A stretch of 64,000 nucleotides of DNA from the NCBI RefSeq assembly GCF_009914755.1, contig NC_060928.1. One strand, 5' to 3'. The DNA is from the human T2T-CHM13v2.0 reference genome, Homo sapiens. A model generated the notes under the pieces. It had not been told where the DNA came from, did no database searches, and saw nothing but the letters and a program-made list of their open reading frames with translations. The first letter of the stretch is position 1. The number at the start of each line of letters is the position of its first letter. Positions 43,340 to 60,788 of the stretch are shown here, piece by piece. The position numbers and the translations under genes were made by a program.

Positions 43340-43830
43340 CACTCGTGGCTTATAACCATTCGATGACTACCTGTTGCCTTTATGATAAAGCCCAGAATCC
43401 TTGGCATGACCTTCCAAGACCTGCGTTATCCTGCCTGGTGTCTCTCTCCAAAGCAGATGTGCCAGGTTTTCTCCCGTCCTGACTTTACTACAACCATATG
43501 GTATTCTTCCAGTTTCACTAACATGGCAGTCTCCCTCCTACCTTTGGGTCTTTGGACATGCTGCTTTTGTTCACTGAAATGTGCTTCCTTGTCCAGGCAA
43601 CTGGTGTTCACCCATTATTTCTCTGTAAATGTCACCTTTTCAGGGAAGTTTTCTGTGACACGCCCCCCCCCTCTTGCCCCCAGTCTTTGCTAGGGGCTGC
43701 TGTTATAAGCTGTTACAGCACATGATGCTTTTCTACCATGACACCTACCACAACTGTCATCAAATAGTTGCCTATTTTAATTTTTGGCTACATGTTTATC
43801 TTCACTAATAGGCCATTTGCTTCAAAATTG
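43340..43830. mobile_element. L2
   Basis: gataaagcccagaatccttggcatgaccttccaagacctg...aaatgtcaccttttcagggaag. Confidence 0.6.
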
Positions 43831-43844
43831 GAGAAATGATATCC

Positions 43845-44035
43845 AGCCATCTGTAGTTCATGGACCATAGCCTGCCAGTAACTTGCTTTTGTATGGCTTG
43901 CAAGCTCAGCAAGGTTACAGTTTTAAAAAGCAGTTAAAAAAAAAGAATAAGTGACAGATACTGTATGTTTGCTCATAAAGCCTAAAGTATTTAGTGTTTG
44001 GTCTTTCACAGAAAAAGTTTGCCTGTCTGTGGTCT
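43845..44035. mobile_element. MER58-like hAT fragment
   Basis: cataaagcctaaagtatttagtgtttggtctttcacagaaaaagtttgcc. Confidence 0.6.
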
Positions 44036-46341
44036 AAGTTGTTGCTATACATGTTGGGTAGAAGAATGTAAGTGTATTTATATGCTACGTTTTATTTTCT
44101 GAGCAGGGCACTTCATTGTAATGTGGCATCTATAGGGCCTAGTGATGTTGCTGTAAGCACTTAGACAAACTGAGGGCCGCATGAACATCAGAAGGTTCTT
44201 AGCTGGATAAACAACTGTACTCGAAGTGTGTCAATTAATAGCCAGTGTAAAAGTGGAAGAGGTTTCTAATGCCATGGTACTTTTTAGCATGTATTGCTCT
44301 GCTAAACAACTGTATTAGCAATTTAGATTAAGACATAATACGTTATTATCAGATTTACAAATACACAAAACTGCCATCTAAAATTTAAGTAATATAATTA
44401 AGATGGAGAATGATCTTGACAGGCTTCAAACCACAGGAATTTCACAAGAGTAAGATAAACTATGTAAGATCTAAATGTGGAGTGAATAAGAACGTGAAAA
44501 ATCCTACTTTATTTGAACAGAGAATTTATGACTTTCAGCAGATTTAGACTCTTCAAAGGTGTCCATTATTCAGAAATACTTGAGGAGATGTAGTTATGGT
44601 AACAGTGTAGTGAGATGCCTGGGCACTAACCTAAGAAGAAAAATAGAAGTAACTCATCCAAAACTTTTAGAGATGAGAAAGCTTGAAGGGTACAAGGCTC
44701 ATGAAAGTTGCCTTCCAGTGAGAGAGAATAGATTTATTGTTTTTTGCTCCAGATATAAAATTGCAATAGCAGATGGATGTTTCGTGGAAGCAGATTTCAT
44801 TTCAATATAAGGATGAATTATATAGGAAATTGAGCTTTGTCACTAATGTATATATGAACTTTTTAAAGTCTTTCTTTGCACTTAAATAATACAGTAGGTA
44901 TCAGGACTACAGAAAGAAACAGCAAACAATCCCTGCTCTCCAGGAGGTCTCATTATAGACTGTGAGATGAATCGGTAAATAATGTAGGATGTTAGATGTC
45001 CTAGCACAGAAATGGAGTATGAATTTTGTCAGGAACTGGGGAGTGGGCAGAGGTGACTCTGAATTAACTCTTGAGTTGATGCTCCTTCTTTCACTATAAT
45101 GTACCAGAAGAAGCAAATGACTGTATGTTAGGAATGTGTTCACTGGGTGGGGTATTATAAACTAGTCAGTCTTTAAGTAATTTAAAGACTTTGTGATTTA
45201 TAGGAATTCAAAAATAAGAAGCCGACTTTGGGCTTGACCTTAGAACAAAGGAGTGAAGGGATCTCAGGTCAATATGTCAGTTAAGTAACCATAACCTACT
45301 GGTGGCTCAGCCAGAAGCCCCCAGATGCAGATGAAGAACCCCTCAACCAAACTTCTGTATAGTTGTTGCCTGCCTTTGTGTCAGTGTCTTATTTTCCTCT
45401 TGATTCCTTTTTTCTGCTTCTTCAGTATTCTTTATTGTTCTAATTTGGTACATGTTCTGAGACCTCCGTGAAGGGTACATTAAAAAATCTGCTAAATAAA
45501 TAATAGCATGACTACTACAGATTTAATTATAGCTATACAGCTGCCTGTTTGAAGTGTTCTGCTGGGGCCATATGTTCCCTTGTATATCTCAGCCCTGGAA
45601 AGACCTAGTTTAATTGTTTCCCAGCTTATAGTATTGAATTCTTAAAGAACTGCTAGCAGTCATTTGGAAGTCAATAGATTGTGTGTTTTACCTCAACTGT
45701 CTTTCTGCAACTGGATGTTTTATTGACAATTTCTTATTAGATCCCAAATAATCAGATATTAAAGCACTCATCCAGACAGGTCTTAAGAGCTATGTCTACT
45801 TGTTAGTTTTACAGTCTGATTTTTGTCATCATATTTGATGTGCTAAGTGAAAAGTACTTCTGCATTTAAGCACTTTCCCTCAATGGCTTTTTTGAAAAAA
45901 AGAAAAGTATTTTAGTGGATGATTCTTTTAATGGTTTTCTGTCCCCATGGTATGGTGGGAGCAGAAATGGAGGAGGACTTGGGAAAGGGCGCTTGTTGCT
46001 GTTCTAGAAGTATAACCTTGAACATGTATTAACTTCTCTGGTCCTCAGGAGGGCCAAAACTGAGCCCTTCTAGGTTCCTTCCAGTTCTAAAATTCTGTGA
46101 TTCAGATCAGCTGGGGAACATGCTCTTGCCAGTGAAATGCATCTGGAGAAGGGTGGTTGTTCCTTTTCCCACTGTGGTGGTCTGTGCATCTCTTCCCCCT
46201 TGTGCTTAGGAAGCCCAAATTTCCCATTTCTTGAGCCACAAAAATCTTTCAATATGAACTCTGTTTAGAGATCAAAGCCTCACAGAGTAACAGAGCTGTG
46301 GCCATTCTTATCTGCTTTTTCAGTGCAAAGATGGTCTAATG

Positions 46342-46512
46342 CAGTGGTTCTTAAGCTTTTCTCATGTCAAGGATCCATTTGAGCTTATGATGAAACTGTG
46401 GATGCTTTCACCAGAAAAATGCACAATAAATATGAAGGACAAAAAGTTGTGTGTAATTTCCAGGTGCCCATGCACTCCCTGGATCCCCATCAGCCAACCT
46501 TAAGAACCATTG
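46342..46512. mobile_element. Charlie4z-like hAT MITE
   Basis: Terminal inverted repeats cagtggttcttaag...cttaagaaccattg. Confidence 0.75.
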
Positions 46513-48139
46513 CTCTGTGCTTTGATAAGAGCCCTGACATCTCTGTTTTGTTCTGAGTGAAGGGACCTGCAGGTGAGGTTGAGAACAGTGAAGTAGAGGG
46601 CCTAAGGCCTGAAGCACCAGCCCTGAGCTTTGAATGGTGCCAAGGGCAGAGCTTTGTTGGGTTCATAAACTATACTAGGGTGGAGCAAAGGGTGGGAGAA
46701 GCAATGGAAAGTGTTTTTTCCAGTTTCTGCACAAGATAGGCATTCTGCATAAGTGTTTGTCAATCCATTAACTTTTATTTATTTATTATTTTCAAACTAT
46801 TAACTTTTAACTCTTGGTTGCCTACATTACCTCTGGTTATTCTACCCTTTTACCATGCATGCCTTGAACTTTTTAAGAGAGAAGTCTATGTTTTTTATTA
46901 GTTACCCCAACTGGGGTATGTGCAGAAGAGAATGCATGTAAAACAATTCTCCTGAAACTATATTTTTTATTTTTCTTGAAGTCAGTAGCCCCACAATGTT
47001 TTTTCATTTGTCTATTTATTTTGATTTCATATGGTTGTTCCTTCCATAACCTTTCTTTCCTAATGGCAGCTGGAGTTTGTGGGGCAGAAAGAATAAAAGA
47101 AATCCTATGTTTAGCATCTCTTTTTTGGGGGTAGGAGAGGGAAGACTATTAATAGATACTGCTTTTTAGATAATAATAGGTAAGGCCAAAGTTAGAAATA
47201 AAGCATTTCATTTTAAAACAAAGTGTTTCTGCTGAACATAGTCATTCAAGGATAAGGGTGTCATTCTGAGGGAATGCAGATCATTAAGATTGGTGCAGTT
47301 ATCATGAGGAATTATATTATATTTGTTTTACAGTGTAGTTGCACTGAACCACCCATGCTCACCTCAGTCTGCAGTTCATTTTGCAGCCTTAGCATGAGAT
47401 GCTGTCTCTTCAACCTTCTCAAGCTAAAATGCATGCAACTATACACTTGGTAGAATGAACTTACCTAGGGAGGTACTTTACTTTATGGATAACATGTTTT
47501 TAAGTCTATGATACAAACTGGTGGAAGAAATTTCTTTTTAAAGTTCAGATGATTGTATATCTGAATTAAATGTGGTGGCAATCTAGCTGTATTTTACTTT
47601 ATTCCCTTGGGAAAGAGAAATTTTATTTTTGTCAGTCACCTCTTCCCCTTTTTTCTAGGATTATATTAGAACTCTAATGTGATTATAATTATTGGTACCA
47701 TTTATTGACTATCTACTATACTATTTCAGGTACTGTGCTAGGAGCTTTTACCTATATCATGTTGTATATTATCATTAACCTTACTTTACAGATGAGTAGG
47801 CTAAATGTAGATGATAACTTTGTAGTCTTCTCAGCTTAACTGTTGCGTAGGTTAAACTTTAAAAAATTTAAGGCACAGATATTTTTAATGCACAGCTGAA
47901 TTTTAAATGATGTATCTGTGAATCACCAGTATTGGTGAAATATTTGCTTTTAATGTTGGAGAGCACTAAGCATTTGAAGAAATCAAATTCTCGTGTTGTG
48001 TGTCATGCTGGATTCTTCCTGCTCTGTCACCCCCTTTATCCAGGCATTTAATGAGTCTTATACATTCTGCCTTTTAATTTTTCTCAAATCTGTCTTCAAC
48101 ATTCAGTCCCACTGATGCTTTCTTGATTCAGGGCCCCAT

Positions 48140-48380
48140 AGTGTTCCTCCATTTAACATATTTATTGAGGGACCTATTATCTGCTCAGCATTGTGCATAA
48201 ATACTTTCAAAGATCACCTCATTTACTCTTCTTAATTCCACAGAGTAATCATTTATTATTCCCATTATACAGATGAGGAAACTCACTTTAAAGAAATGAA
48301 GTCATTTGTCCAGCGTCCCTCAGCTAATAAATGGAAGAACTGAGATTTTCTTCTAGCTCTGTCTAATTCCAAAGCTTATT
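48140..48380. mobile_element. MIR
   Basis: attattcccattatacagatgaggaaactc...gtcatttgtccagcgtc. Confidence 0.7.
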
Positions 48381-48521
48381 CCTGTTTTCACTACTTGAAT
48401 TTCAAACACTGGATAACAATTAGCAAGCTTAGCATGGTGAAGCTTGGACTCTGGAGACAGCCAGCCTTTGGTTTGAATCTTCGTTCTGCCTTTTCTAGTT
48501 TTGTGATGTTAGCTATATATA

Positions 48522-48848
48522 GCAGTTTCCCATCACCTGAGTGAGGTATGTTCCAAAACCCCCAGTGGATGTCTAAAACTGTGGACAGTACCAAACCTTA
48601 CATATACTGTGATTTTTCATATACTGTGATAAAAGTTTAGTTTACAAATCAGGAACAGTAAGAGATTGACAACAATAATTACTAATAAAACAATTACGAC
48701 AATATTGTATAATAAAAGTTATGTGAATGTGCGCCTACTCTTGCTCTCTCACAAAACATCTTATTGTACTGAGTTCACTTATTTTCAGACCCTGCTTGAC
48801 CATAAGTAACTGAAACTGCAGAAGCAAAACCTTAGATAAGGGGGAATT
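48522..48848. mobile_element. Tigger3a-like MITE inserted in a MIR (about 48425-48965)
   Basis: gttccaaaacccccagtggatgtctaaaac...cagtaagagattgacaacaat...gataaggggg. Confidence 0.8.
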
Positions 48849-50169
48849 TCTAAATCTCAATTTCTTATTGGGCAAATGGAGACCACAATAATAACTTACT
48901 TATAGAAATGTGGTGAGAATTTAATAAGATGATGCATACGAAGTTTTTGGTCCAGTGCCTGGCCAGAGATGATTGATTTAAAACATTTTAAATTATTATT
49001 ATTATTATTATTACTAGTAATTTTAGAATTATTATTGAAGCTCTTTGTGCCTGTTGGTAACAATGGTGCCTTTAGAATTCAGTCTTACCAATATGAGATT
49101 CAAAATCTTAAATCTGGAAGGAATTCAGTGTACAGCTGTTCTCCCAAAGAAAGACTCTTTTTCAAAATCTCACTGAGAAATCCCGGACAAGGGTAGGACT
49201 TTTAGCCACTTCAGCAGGGAATTTTTTTAAACAATGAATGGTAGGGACCTGTGGTCATAAGTTTTGGAACTCGTAAAGGCCCTTTGCTTCTTACTAGCGA
49301 CCTTTCTGAAGTCGACTACCACGAGATGGAGCACCATTAGTGGAGCTATCAGTGTCCCTGCTTGTTTCTATGCATGGGTGTAAAGATGCCACAACACAGG
49401 TGTGAACACATGGACTTCATGTGTTTAACAAACATTTATGGAATGCTTATTGCAAGGCCTTGGCTTTGTAAGGTACTGAGGAAACAAAGTTGAATGATAC
49501 ATGGTTTCTTTTCTTAGGGTACTTTAGACCTGTCTTTAAAGTACTTGTAGTCTGATAAGAGTCACAGCCAAGTCAATCAATGAATGCCTGGTGATAAGCA
49601 CAATTTCAGAGGTAAGGCTAGGGAAAGTCAGGGAAGGTGGGGGGTAGTCAGGGGAGTTAGTCTTTCCAAAGGCCTGGCTAGAGTTCAGAGGCATAAGTGG
49701 AATTTTGGGACTTTCCCTCTGAGATAGATGAATGAGTATTTCAAGTCTACTTCCTTCAGGCATGGAGCAAGTGACCTGTATTTATATACAGTGGAGTTCA
49801 TGGCACAACAGTGAAAGAGGAAAATAACTTATTATAAAAGAAAAAATACCTAACTTAGCTAGCACCTAGAACCTGCAGTTCTTGTTTTTCTTTAAATCTT
49901 TTTTAAAGTGCTGTTGTCTTTATTTGGTCTTCTCCTTTCCTTGTCTCTGTCCCACTTTATTTTATGCAGTTAAATACTATTAAATACTTTAAAATATGCT
50001 CATTAAAAATTTTAAAGGTATCTTTACAGAACCAAAACCATTGTAGATACTTAATTAACACTGTTTTGCTGTATAAAAGGCTCTGGTATTTCAGGAAAAT
50101 AGCTTCTAAACTTTAGGTAGTAAAATCTATTCCTCAGACATGTAATGGTTTCACCGTATAGTGAAGTGA

Positions 50170-50340
50170 ATATTCAACTCATGGCCTGGCCTTAGCTGTA
50201 TGAGTTTGGTGAAGACCTTTACGCTTTTGAGACTTAATTTCCCTCATCTGTAAAATGATGTAATAATACATTTCTTACAAGCTTGCTGTAAGAATTCCAG
50301 TAACATAGTACATATGAAAGTGTTTTAAAAACTGTAAGTA
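50170..50340. mobile_element. MIR
   Basis: aatttccctcatctgtaaaatgatgtaataata. Confidence 0.65.
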
Positions 50341-51125
50341 GCTATATGCGTATTGACAATTTTTTTAAAAAAATAATGTGAGACATTAAGAAAATGTGAC
50401 TTGGAGATTTTAACAAGTTGATTTTTAAACTGGGGCAGTACTTGAAATTTCATCCTGTTTAGGAAATCAGAACTAATGGATTGTACTTAATGTTATATTT
50501 AGTTTAATAGCCATTTGTAAATGTGCTGCTTTGCAGAATCATTTGCATTAATCGTGGTGAGATATATTTGGAAGGAAAAATTAGAAAATCAAATTTTTAC
50601 CCTCAGCATTGTTTTCATTTTGAAGTAGTGTTTTTTGGAAATGGAGTAAACACAAGTAGAAGAGTATTCAAAAAGTAAAAACATGTCACCAGAGCCTTTT
50701 GGCAACTTGTCTTATTTAATGATTTTGTCTGTATTCTTTCATATTTCATACACACTGGAAATCTCTGCATCATAACTATTAAGTTCCGAAAACATTAAAA
50801 GTGATTGTCTAAATTTTGGATTCTATGGGCTATCAAGCAATAGCTCTTTTTAGGCCTCTTAGATATTAGGCCAACGGTATGTAAATTTAGTCATTGGAAA
50901 TATTCTTCTAAATCACACCTTTAAGATAGCCTGAAGGGCAATCAGCATTTCCATTAACAACAAAACAAAAATATGTTTCTAGTAATTATCCCAGGGGTTT
51001 TCTTTTATGACACCAAAAGAGTCCTATCCCATAAATTAGCCTAACCAACACTTAAATAATATCCTTATTTAACAGAAAAATTTAAAGGTACTTTTTCCTA
51101 TGTAGTCTTAGAATAAAAGGTAATA

Positions 51126-52144
51126 TCTACTTTTGGTCTTTGATGATGGTGATGTACAGACGGGTTTTTGGTGTGGATGTCCTTTCTCTTTGTTAGTTTT
51201 CCTTCTAACAGACAGGACACTCAGCTGCAGGTCTGTTGGAGTTTGCTAGAGGTCCACTCCAGACCCTGTTTGCCTGGGTATCCGCAGCGGTGTTTGCAGA
51301 ACAGCAGTTTTTCATGAACCGCGAATGCAGCTGTCTGATCATTCCTCTGGAAGTTTTGTCTCAGAGGAGTACCCGGCCGTGTGAAGTGTCAGTCTGCCCC
51401 TACTGGGGGGTGCCTCCCAGTTAGGCTGCTCAGGGGTCAGGGGTCAGGGACACACTTGAGGAGGCAGTCTGCCCGTTCTCAGATCTCCAGCTGCGTGCTG
51501 GGAGAACCACTGCTCTCTTCAAAGCTGTCAGACAGGGACATTTAAGTCTGCAGAGGTTACTGCTGTCCTTTTGTTTGTCTGTGCCCTGCCCCCAGAGGTG
51601 GAGCCTACAGAGGCAGGCAGGCCTCCTTGAGCTGTGGTGGGCTCCACCCAGTTGGAGCTTCCCTGCTGCTTTGTTTACCTAAGCAAGCCTGGACAATGGC
51701 AGGCGCCCCTCCCCCAGCCTCACTGCCGCCTTGCAGTTTGATCTCAGACTGCTGTGCTAGCAATCAGCGAGACTCCGTGGGCGTAGGACCCTCCGAGCCA
51801 GGTGCGGGATATAATCTCCTGGTGCCCCGTTTTTTAAGCCTGTCGGAAAAGTGCAGTATTTGAGTGGGAGTGACCCGATTTTCCAGGTGCTGTCTGTCAC
51901 TCCTTTCTTTGACTAGGAAAGGGAACTCGCTGACCCCTTGTGCTTCCCGAGTGAGGCAATGCCTTGCCCTCCTTCGGCTCGTGCACGGTGCGCTGCACCT
52001 ACTGACCTGCACCCACTATCTGGCACTCCCTAGTGAGATGAACCCGGTACCTCAGATGGAAATGCAGAAATCACCCGTCTTCTGCGTCACTCATGCTGGG
52101 AGCTGTAGACCGGAGCTGTTCCTATTCGGCCATCTTGGCTCCTC
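51126..52144 (-). promoter_or_regulatory. L1 5'UTR (sense and antisense promoters), inverted relative to the L1 body
   Basis: Ends in cggccatcttggctcctc, the reverse complement of the L1 5' terminus GAGGAGCCAAGATGGCCG (YY1 site); CpG-rich. Confidence 0.9.
51696..51863 (+). pseudogene. L1 ORF0, truncated to 55 aa (MAGAPPPASLPPCSLISDCC...EKCSI*)
   Basis: Matches the recalled primate L1 ORF0 N-terminus; premature TGA at 51861-51863. Confidence 0.75.
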
Positions 52145-52182
52145 ACCATCATCAAAGACCAAAAGTAGATAAAACCACAAAG

Positions 52183-53194
52183 ATGGGGGAAAAACAGAGC
52201 AGAAAAACTAGAACTCTAAAAAGCAGAGCACCTCTCCTCCTCCAAAGGAAAGCAGTTCCTCACCAGCAGTGGAACAAAGCTGGACGGAGAATGACTTTGA
52301 CGAGTTGAGAGAAGAAGGCTTCAGACGATCAAACAACGAGCTACCGGAGGAAATTCAAACCAAAGGCAAAGAAGTTAAAAACTTTGAAACAAATTTAGAC
52401 GAATGTATAACTAGAATAACCAATACAGAGAAGTACTTAAAGGAGCTGATGGAGCTGAAAGCCAAGGCTCCAGAACTACGTGAAGAATGCAGAAGCCTCA
52501 GGAGCCAATGCAATCAACTGGAAGAAAGGGTATCAGTGATGGAAGATGAAATGAATGAAATGAAGCAAGAAGGGAAATTTAGAGAAAAAAGAATAAAAAG
52601 AAACGAACAAAGCCTCCAAGAAATATGGGACTATGTGAAAAGACCAAATCTATCTCTGATTGGTGTACCTGAAAGTGATGGGGAGAATGGAACCAAGTTG
52701 GAAAACACTCTGCAGGATATTATCCAGGAGAACTTCCCCAATCTAGCAAGGCAGGCCAACATTCAGATTCAGGAAATACAGAGAACGCCACAAAGATACT
52801 CCTCGAGAAGAGCAACTCCAAGACACATAATTGTCAGATTCACCAAAGTTGAAATGAAGGAAAAATGTTAAGGGCAGCCAGAGAGAAAGGTCGGGTTACT
52901 CACAAAGGGAAGCCCATCAGACTAACAGCGGATCTCTCATCAGAAACCCTACAAGCCAGAAGAGAGTGGGGGCCAATATTCAACATTCTTAAAGAAAAGA
53001 ATTTTCAACCCAGAATTTCATATCCAGCCAAACTAAGCTTCATAAGTGAAGGAGAAATAAAATACTTTACAGACAAGCAAATGCTGAGAGATTTTGTCAC
53101 CACCAGGCCTGCCCTAAAAGAGCTCCTGAAGGAAGCACTAAACATGGAAAGGAACAACCGGTACCAGCCGCTGCAAAATCATGCCAAAATGTAA
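52183..53194 (+). pseudogene. L1 ORF1 (frameshifted)
   Basis: ATG at 52183 (MGEKQSRK...), split over ORFs 52269-52871 and 52865-53194, ending ...QPLQNHAKM*. Confidence 0.92.
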
Positions 53195-53257
53195 AGACCA
53201 TTGAGACTAGGAAGAAACTGCATCAACTAACGAGCAAAATAACCAGCTAACATCATA

Positions 53258-57086
<3,829 letters not shown>

Positions 57087-57765
57087 ACAATGAGAACACG
57101 TGGACACAGGAAGGGGAACATCACACTGTGGGGACTGTTGTGGAGTGGCGGGGGAGGGAGGGATAGCATTGGGAGATATACCTAATGCTAGATGACGAGT
57201 TAGTGGGTGCAATGCACCAACATGGCACATGTATACATATGTAACTAACCTGCACCTTGTGCACGTGTACCCTAAAACTTAAAGTATAATAATAATAAAA
57301 AAAAAGAATAAAAGGTAATAGCTGATTAAGTTTAGAGAATACTGATTCTTATCCTTTTTCTTCTTCTACCATTTCCTAGTTCGGCAACCATGCAAAGAAG
57401 CGAGATTTAGAAATGGAATGTTGAGGTGTGTTTAAGATGGTATTTGTCCAGGCTATTCAGGAACACGCAAGCCCTGTCCTCAGCTCAACACTCTCTCCAG
57501 AAGATCATCGGAGAAATGTGTACACAGAGAAACAAAGGCCAAGGAACCCTTTATTGTTGGCTGAGGTTTTGTCTTCAAACCCAGAAGCAGAACACTGGTA
57601 AACTATATAGAGCCTTCTGCTTCAGAATAGCCTCGCAGCAAAACAGGCTGGTGGTTGTACTAGGCTTGCTCTTTTACTTGAAACCAAACCTGAACCATGA
57701 GTCTTCCTTCTCTTCTACAGTGAAAGGCTAGAATATAGCTTTCAGTGGGAAAAACTCCTGTCTTG

Positions 57766-58652
57766 TGTAAACCAAAAAGTATCTGAGACAAGTCTCAATC
57801 AATTTATAAGTTTATTTTGCCAAGATTGAGGACATGCCTGTGACAGCCTGAGGCGGTCCTGACAACATGTGCGCAAGGTGGTCGGCTACAGCTTGGTTTT
57901 ATACATTTTAGAGAGATGCAAGACATCAGTCAATACATGTAAGATGTACATTGGTTCAGTCCAGAAAGCAAGGAAAACTCAAAGTGGGGGTGGATGGTGG
58001 GGCAGGGAGATGGGCGTCCAGGTCATAGATGGATTCCAAGATTTTCAGATTGGCAGTTGGTTGAAAGAGTTTATCTAAAGACCTAGAATCCATAGAAGGG
58101 AGTATCTGGGTTGAGATAAAGGGTTGTGGAGAACAAGTTTCTTCTTATGCAGATAAAACCTCCAGGTAGCAGGCTTCAGAGAGAATAGATTATAAATGTT
58201 TCTTAGCAGACTTAAAAAGGTGCCAGAAGATCAGGGAAAAGACCTGGAAAGGGAAAGGGAATCTCTATAGAATGTCAATTATCCTCACAAGAGATAGCTT
58301 TGTAGGGCCATTTCAAAATATATCAAAGGAATATATTTTAGGGTAAAATACTTCAGTTTCTTTCAGGGCCTTCTATGTGCCATATGATGCTGTACTAAAG
58401 TAAGGCTGGAATTTTTTTTATTGCTACAATAAAACTCTTTTATTGCTACAAAAAGTCTTAAAATCTCTGTTTCAATGTTAATGCTGGTCACTTGTGTATG
58501 AATTCCATGGGGAAGAGGGTATAATGAGGCATGTCTTACCCCTCTCTTCCCATCATGGTCTGAACTAGTTTTTCAGGTTAACTTTGGAATGCCCTTGGCC
58601 AAGAGGAGGGGTCCATTTAGATGGTTGTGGGGCTTAGAATTTTTAGTTTACA
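57766..58652 (-). mobile_element. MER4-family (MER4D-like) ERV1 solo LTR
   Basis: tgtaaac...gtttaca termini; 4-bp TSD cttg at 57762-57765 and 58653-58656; typical MER4 text aagtatctgagacaagtctcaatcaatt. Confidence 0.85.
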
Positions 58653-60655
58653 CTTGATACTCGAAACACAGCTGGTGTAGGATAATTGTCTTAGAATTCA
58701 AAAAGTTCAGATAAGCCGCCTACTTCCCCATGTATGGAATAAGGGGGATGCTGCTCAAAGGTGTGGGGAGGGTGGAGATAGGAACAGCCTTCTATTAACC
58801 AAAGAAGCCAATTGTAGGCAACGTACTAGTCTCTAACCATCATGCTCTCAGATTTCCAGAGTTTGATACTGTGTGCTCCACATAGATATGTATAGTTCTT
58901 GGTAGGTGAAACCTATTTCAAAACTGTCCCAGTGATAAATTTTCACAAGGCTGTCTTTGATGGCTTCCTTCTACATCCCAGCCCTTGTTGGAGGCTAATT
59001 TTAACCTAAGAAAAATATAATTGCCAAGGTTATATTATATTTATCTAAAGTAATGGAATATTAGAGTTTGATTACCATTGGAGGGTAAAGGCAGGAAGAT
59101 ACCAACTCAGACATAGCTTGGGTGTGGTGTGTACATTCCTATAACTTCTAATCTTTATAAAAATCTTTATGAGTTACAGCTGTAAAATATGGTTGTAGTT
59201 TTTCACTGTCCTTTATTACCCTTAAGTATTCCCCACCAAGGGAGTGCTACATATATGCCATATTTGCAGTGAAATAAGAATTTATTAAGAAATACATTGT
59301 AGTATGTTTTATTAAAGTAAAACACACATATGGGTATGCATAGATAGATGCAAAAATCATGTTTACTTGATGATTTTTCACAATGTGAACACACCTATAT
59401 AATTGTCACTCAAATTATGAAACAGAACATGAGCAGTGTTATATATTTGTTTTTAAATTCATTAATCTCTAGTTTTTATTTTCTTCTTTTGCTTTCTTTG
59501 AATTTAATTTGCTGTTTTCTTATTTGTTAAGATAATATATTTAGATCATTAGACTTTAGCTTTTCTTTTTTTGTAACATTGACAGTTAAGGCATGAATGT
59601 TACTGAATGCATGTTTGCAGCTTCATTCCACAAGTTTTGATATGTCATGTGTTCATATTATGAGTAATATTGACTTTAACAAGTCAATGATATAATATTT
59701 TTATCTCTAGGACAAGTATTTTGTTTTTTAAATGGATTCCATTTAAATTCCCATCTTGAAATCAATATTTAAAAAATATGATGTTATTTCAAAGTCTGTG
59801 TCTGATAACCATAGTATATAATTCTCCTTTAAGGTTATTTCTAATTTCTGTTTTTACCCCCTCTTGGGATTCCAGTCATTTGATCTTGTCTTCTGTTATG
59901 TCTAACAACTTCTGATTAAATGTCAGATATAAAATATCCATAGTAGAGATAATTTTATACTCTAGATGATATTATCTTCCTTCAGAGATTGTATTTGCTT
60001 TTGGCTGGCATTTGGGTTAGGGGCAGGTCACCTTAATATTCAGCCTGGAATTAAGCTGATTGGAAGCTGAATATAGTTCACCAAGTGCATAGGCTTACAA
60101 CCATCCACACAGAATCTGAATCTTGGGATTCACAGTCTCAGAGATACCCGCCATGATAGAGAAATATAGTTGGGCCTATGAAACAGACTCCGAGTAAACT
60201 TATCTAACCAGCCACATAGATGAAGATGTCAAGTCTGTTTTTTTCTATTTAATTGTCTTACTGTAAGAGAAAGAAGTCAGCTTGCTTCCTGTCTTCATGA
60301 CACTTTAATTTTCCCATTAGAAAGAAAGTCCCCTTGAATTTATCAAACTCTAATTCATCAAATTGGCCACATTCCCTGAGGTGCAGAGAAGAGGAATAAA
60401 TAGGCAGAGGCCGGAACCTGGTAAGGTGAGAGAACACTTCTTTCTACCTTAAGAGTTAATATTGTTGTTTGCATATGGTAAATGAATAAATTCATAGTCA
60501 GAGAGCATAAATAACCTACTAAGATGCTGTTAGACCTGGGCTCTCCCTTACACTTTTGAGTTTCTTGGATCTTAAGATTCTACAGTATGTAATTATTTTC
60601 TAACACTATTATTTTCAGCACTGCCTAAAAGCCAGTCTCAGTGAGATTTAAAGGC

Positions 60656-60788
60656 AGGGTGGCCATAATAATTTTCCTTTTAAACCAAGACATTTTTGAG
60701 AATGAAAAGAGGTACTATTAGTCATTACGCCAGGACAATAGGGTAAACTGGGACTGTTATGGGCCAACTGGTAGGTATGGTGATCTTA
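60656..60788 (-). mobile_element. MER94 (hAT-Blackjack)
   Basis: agggtggccataataatt...gacatttttgagaatgaaaagagg...attacgccaggacaa...aaactgggactg. Confidence 0.75.
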
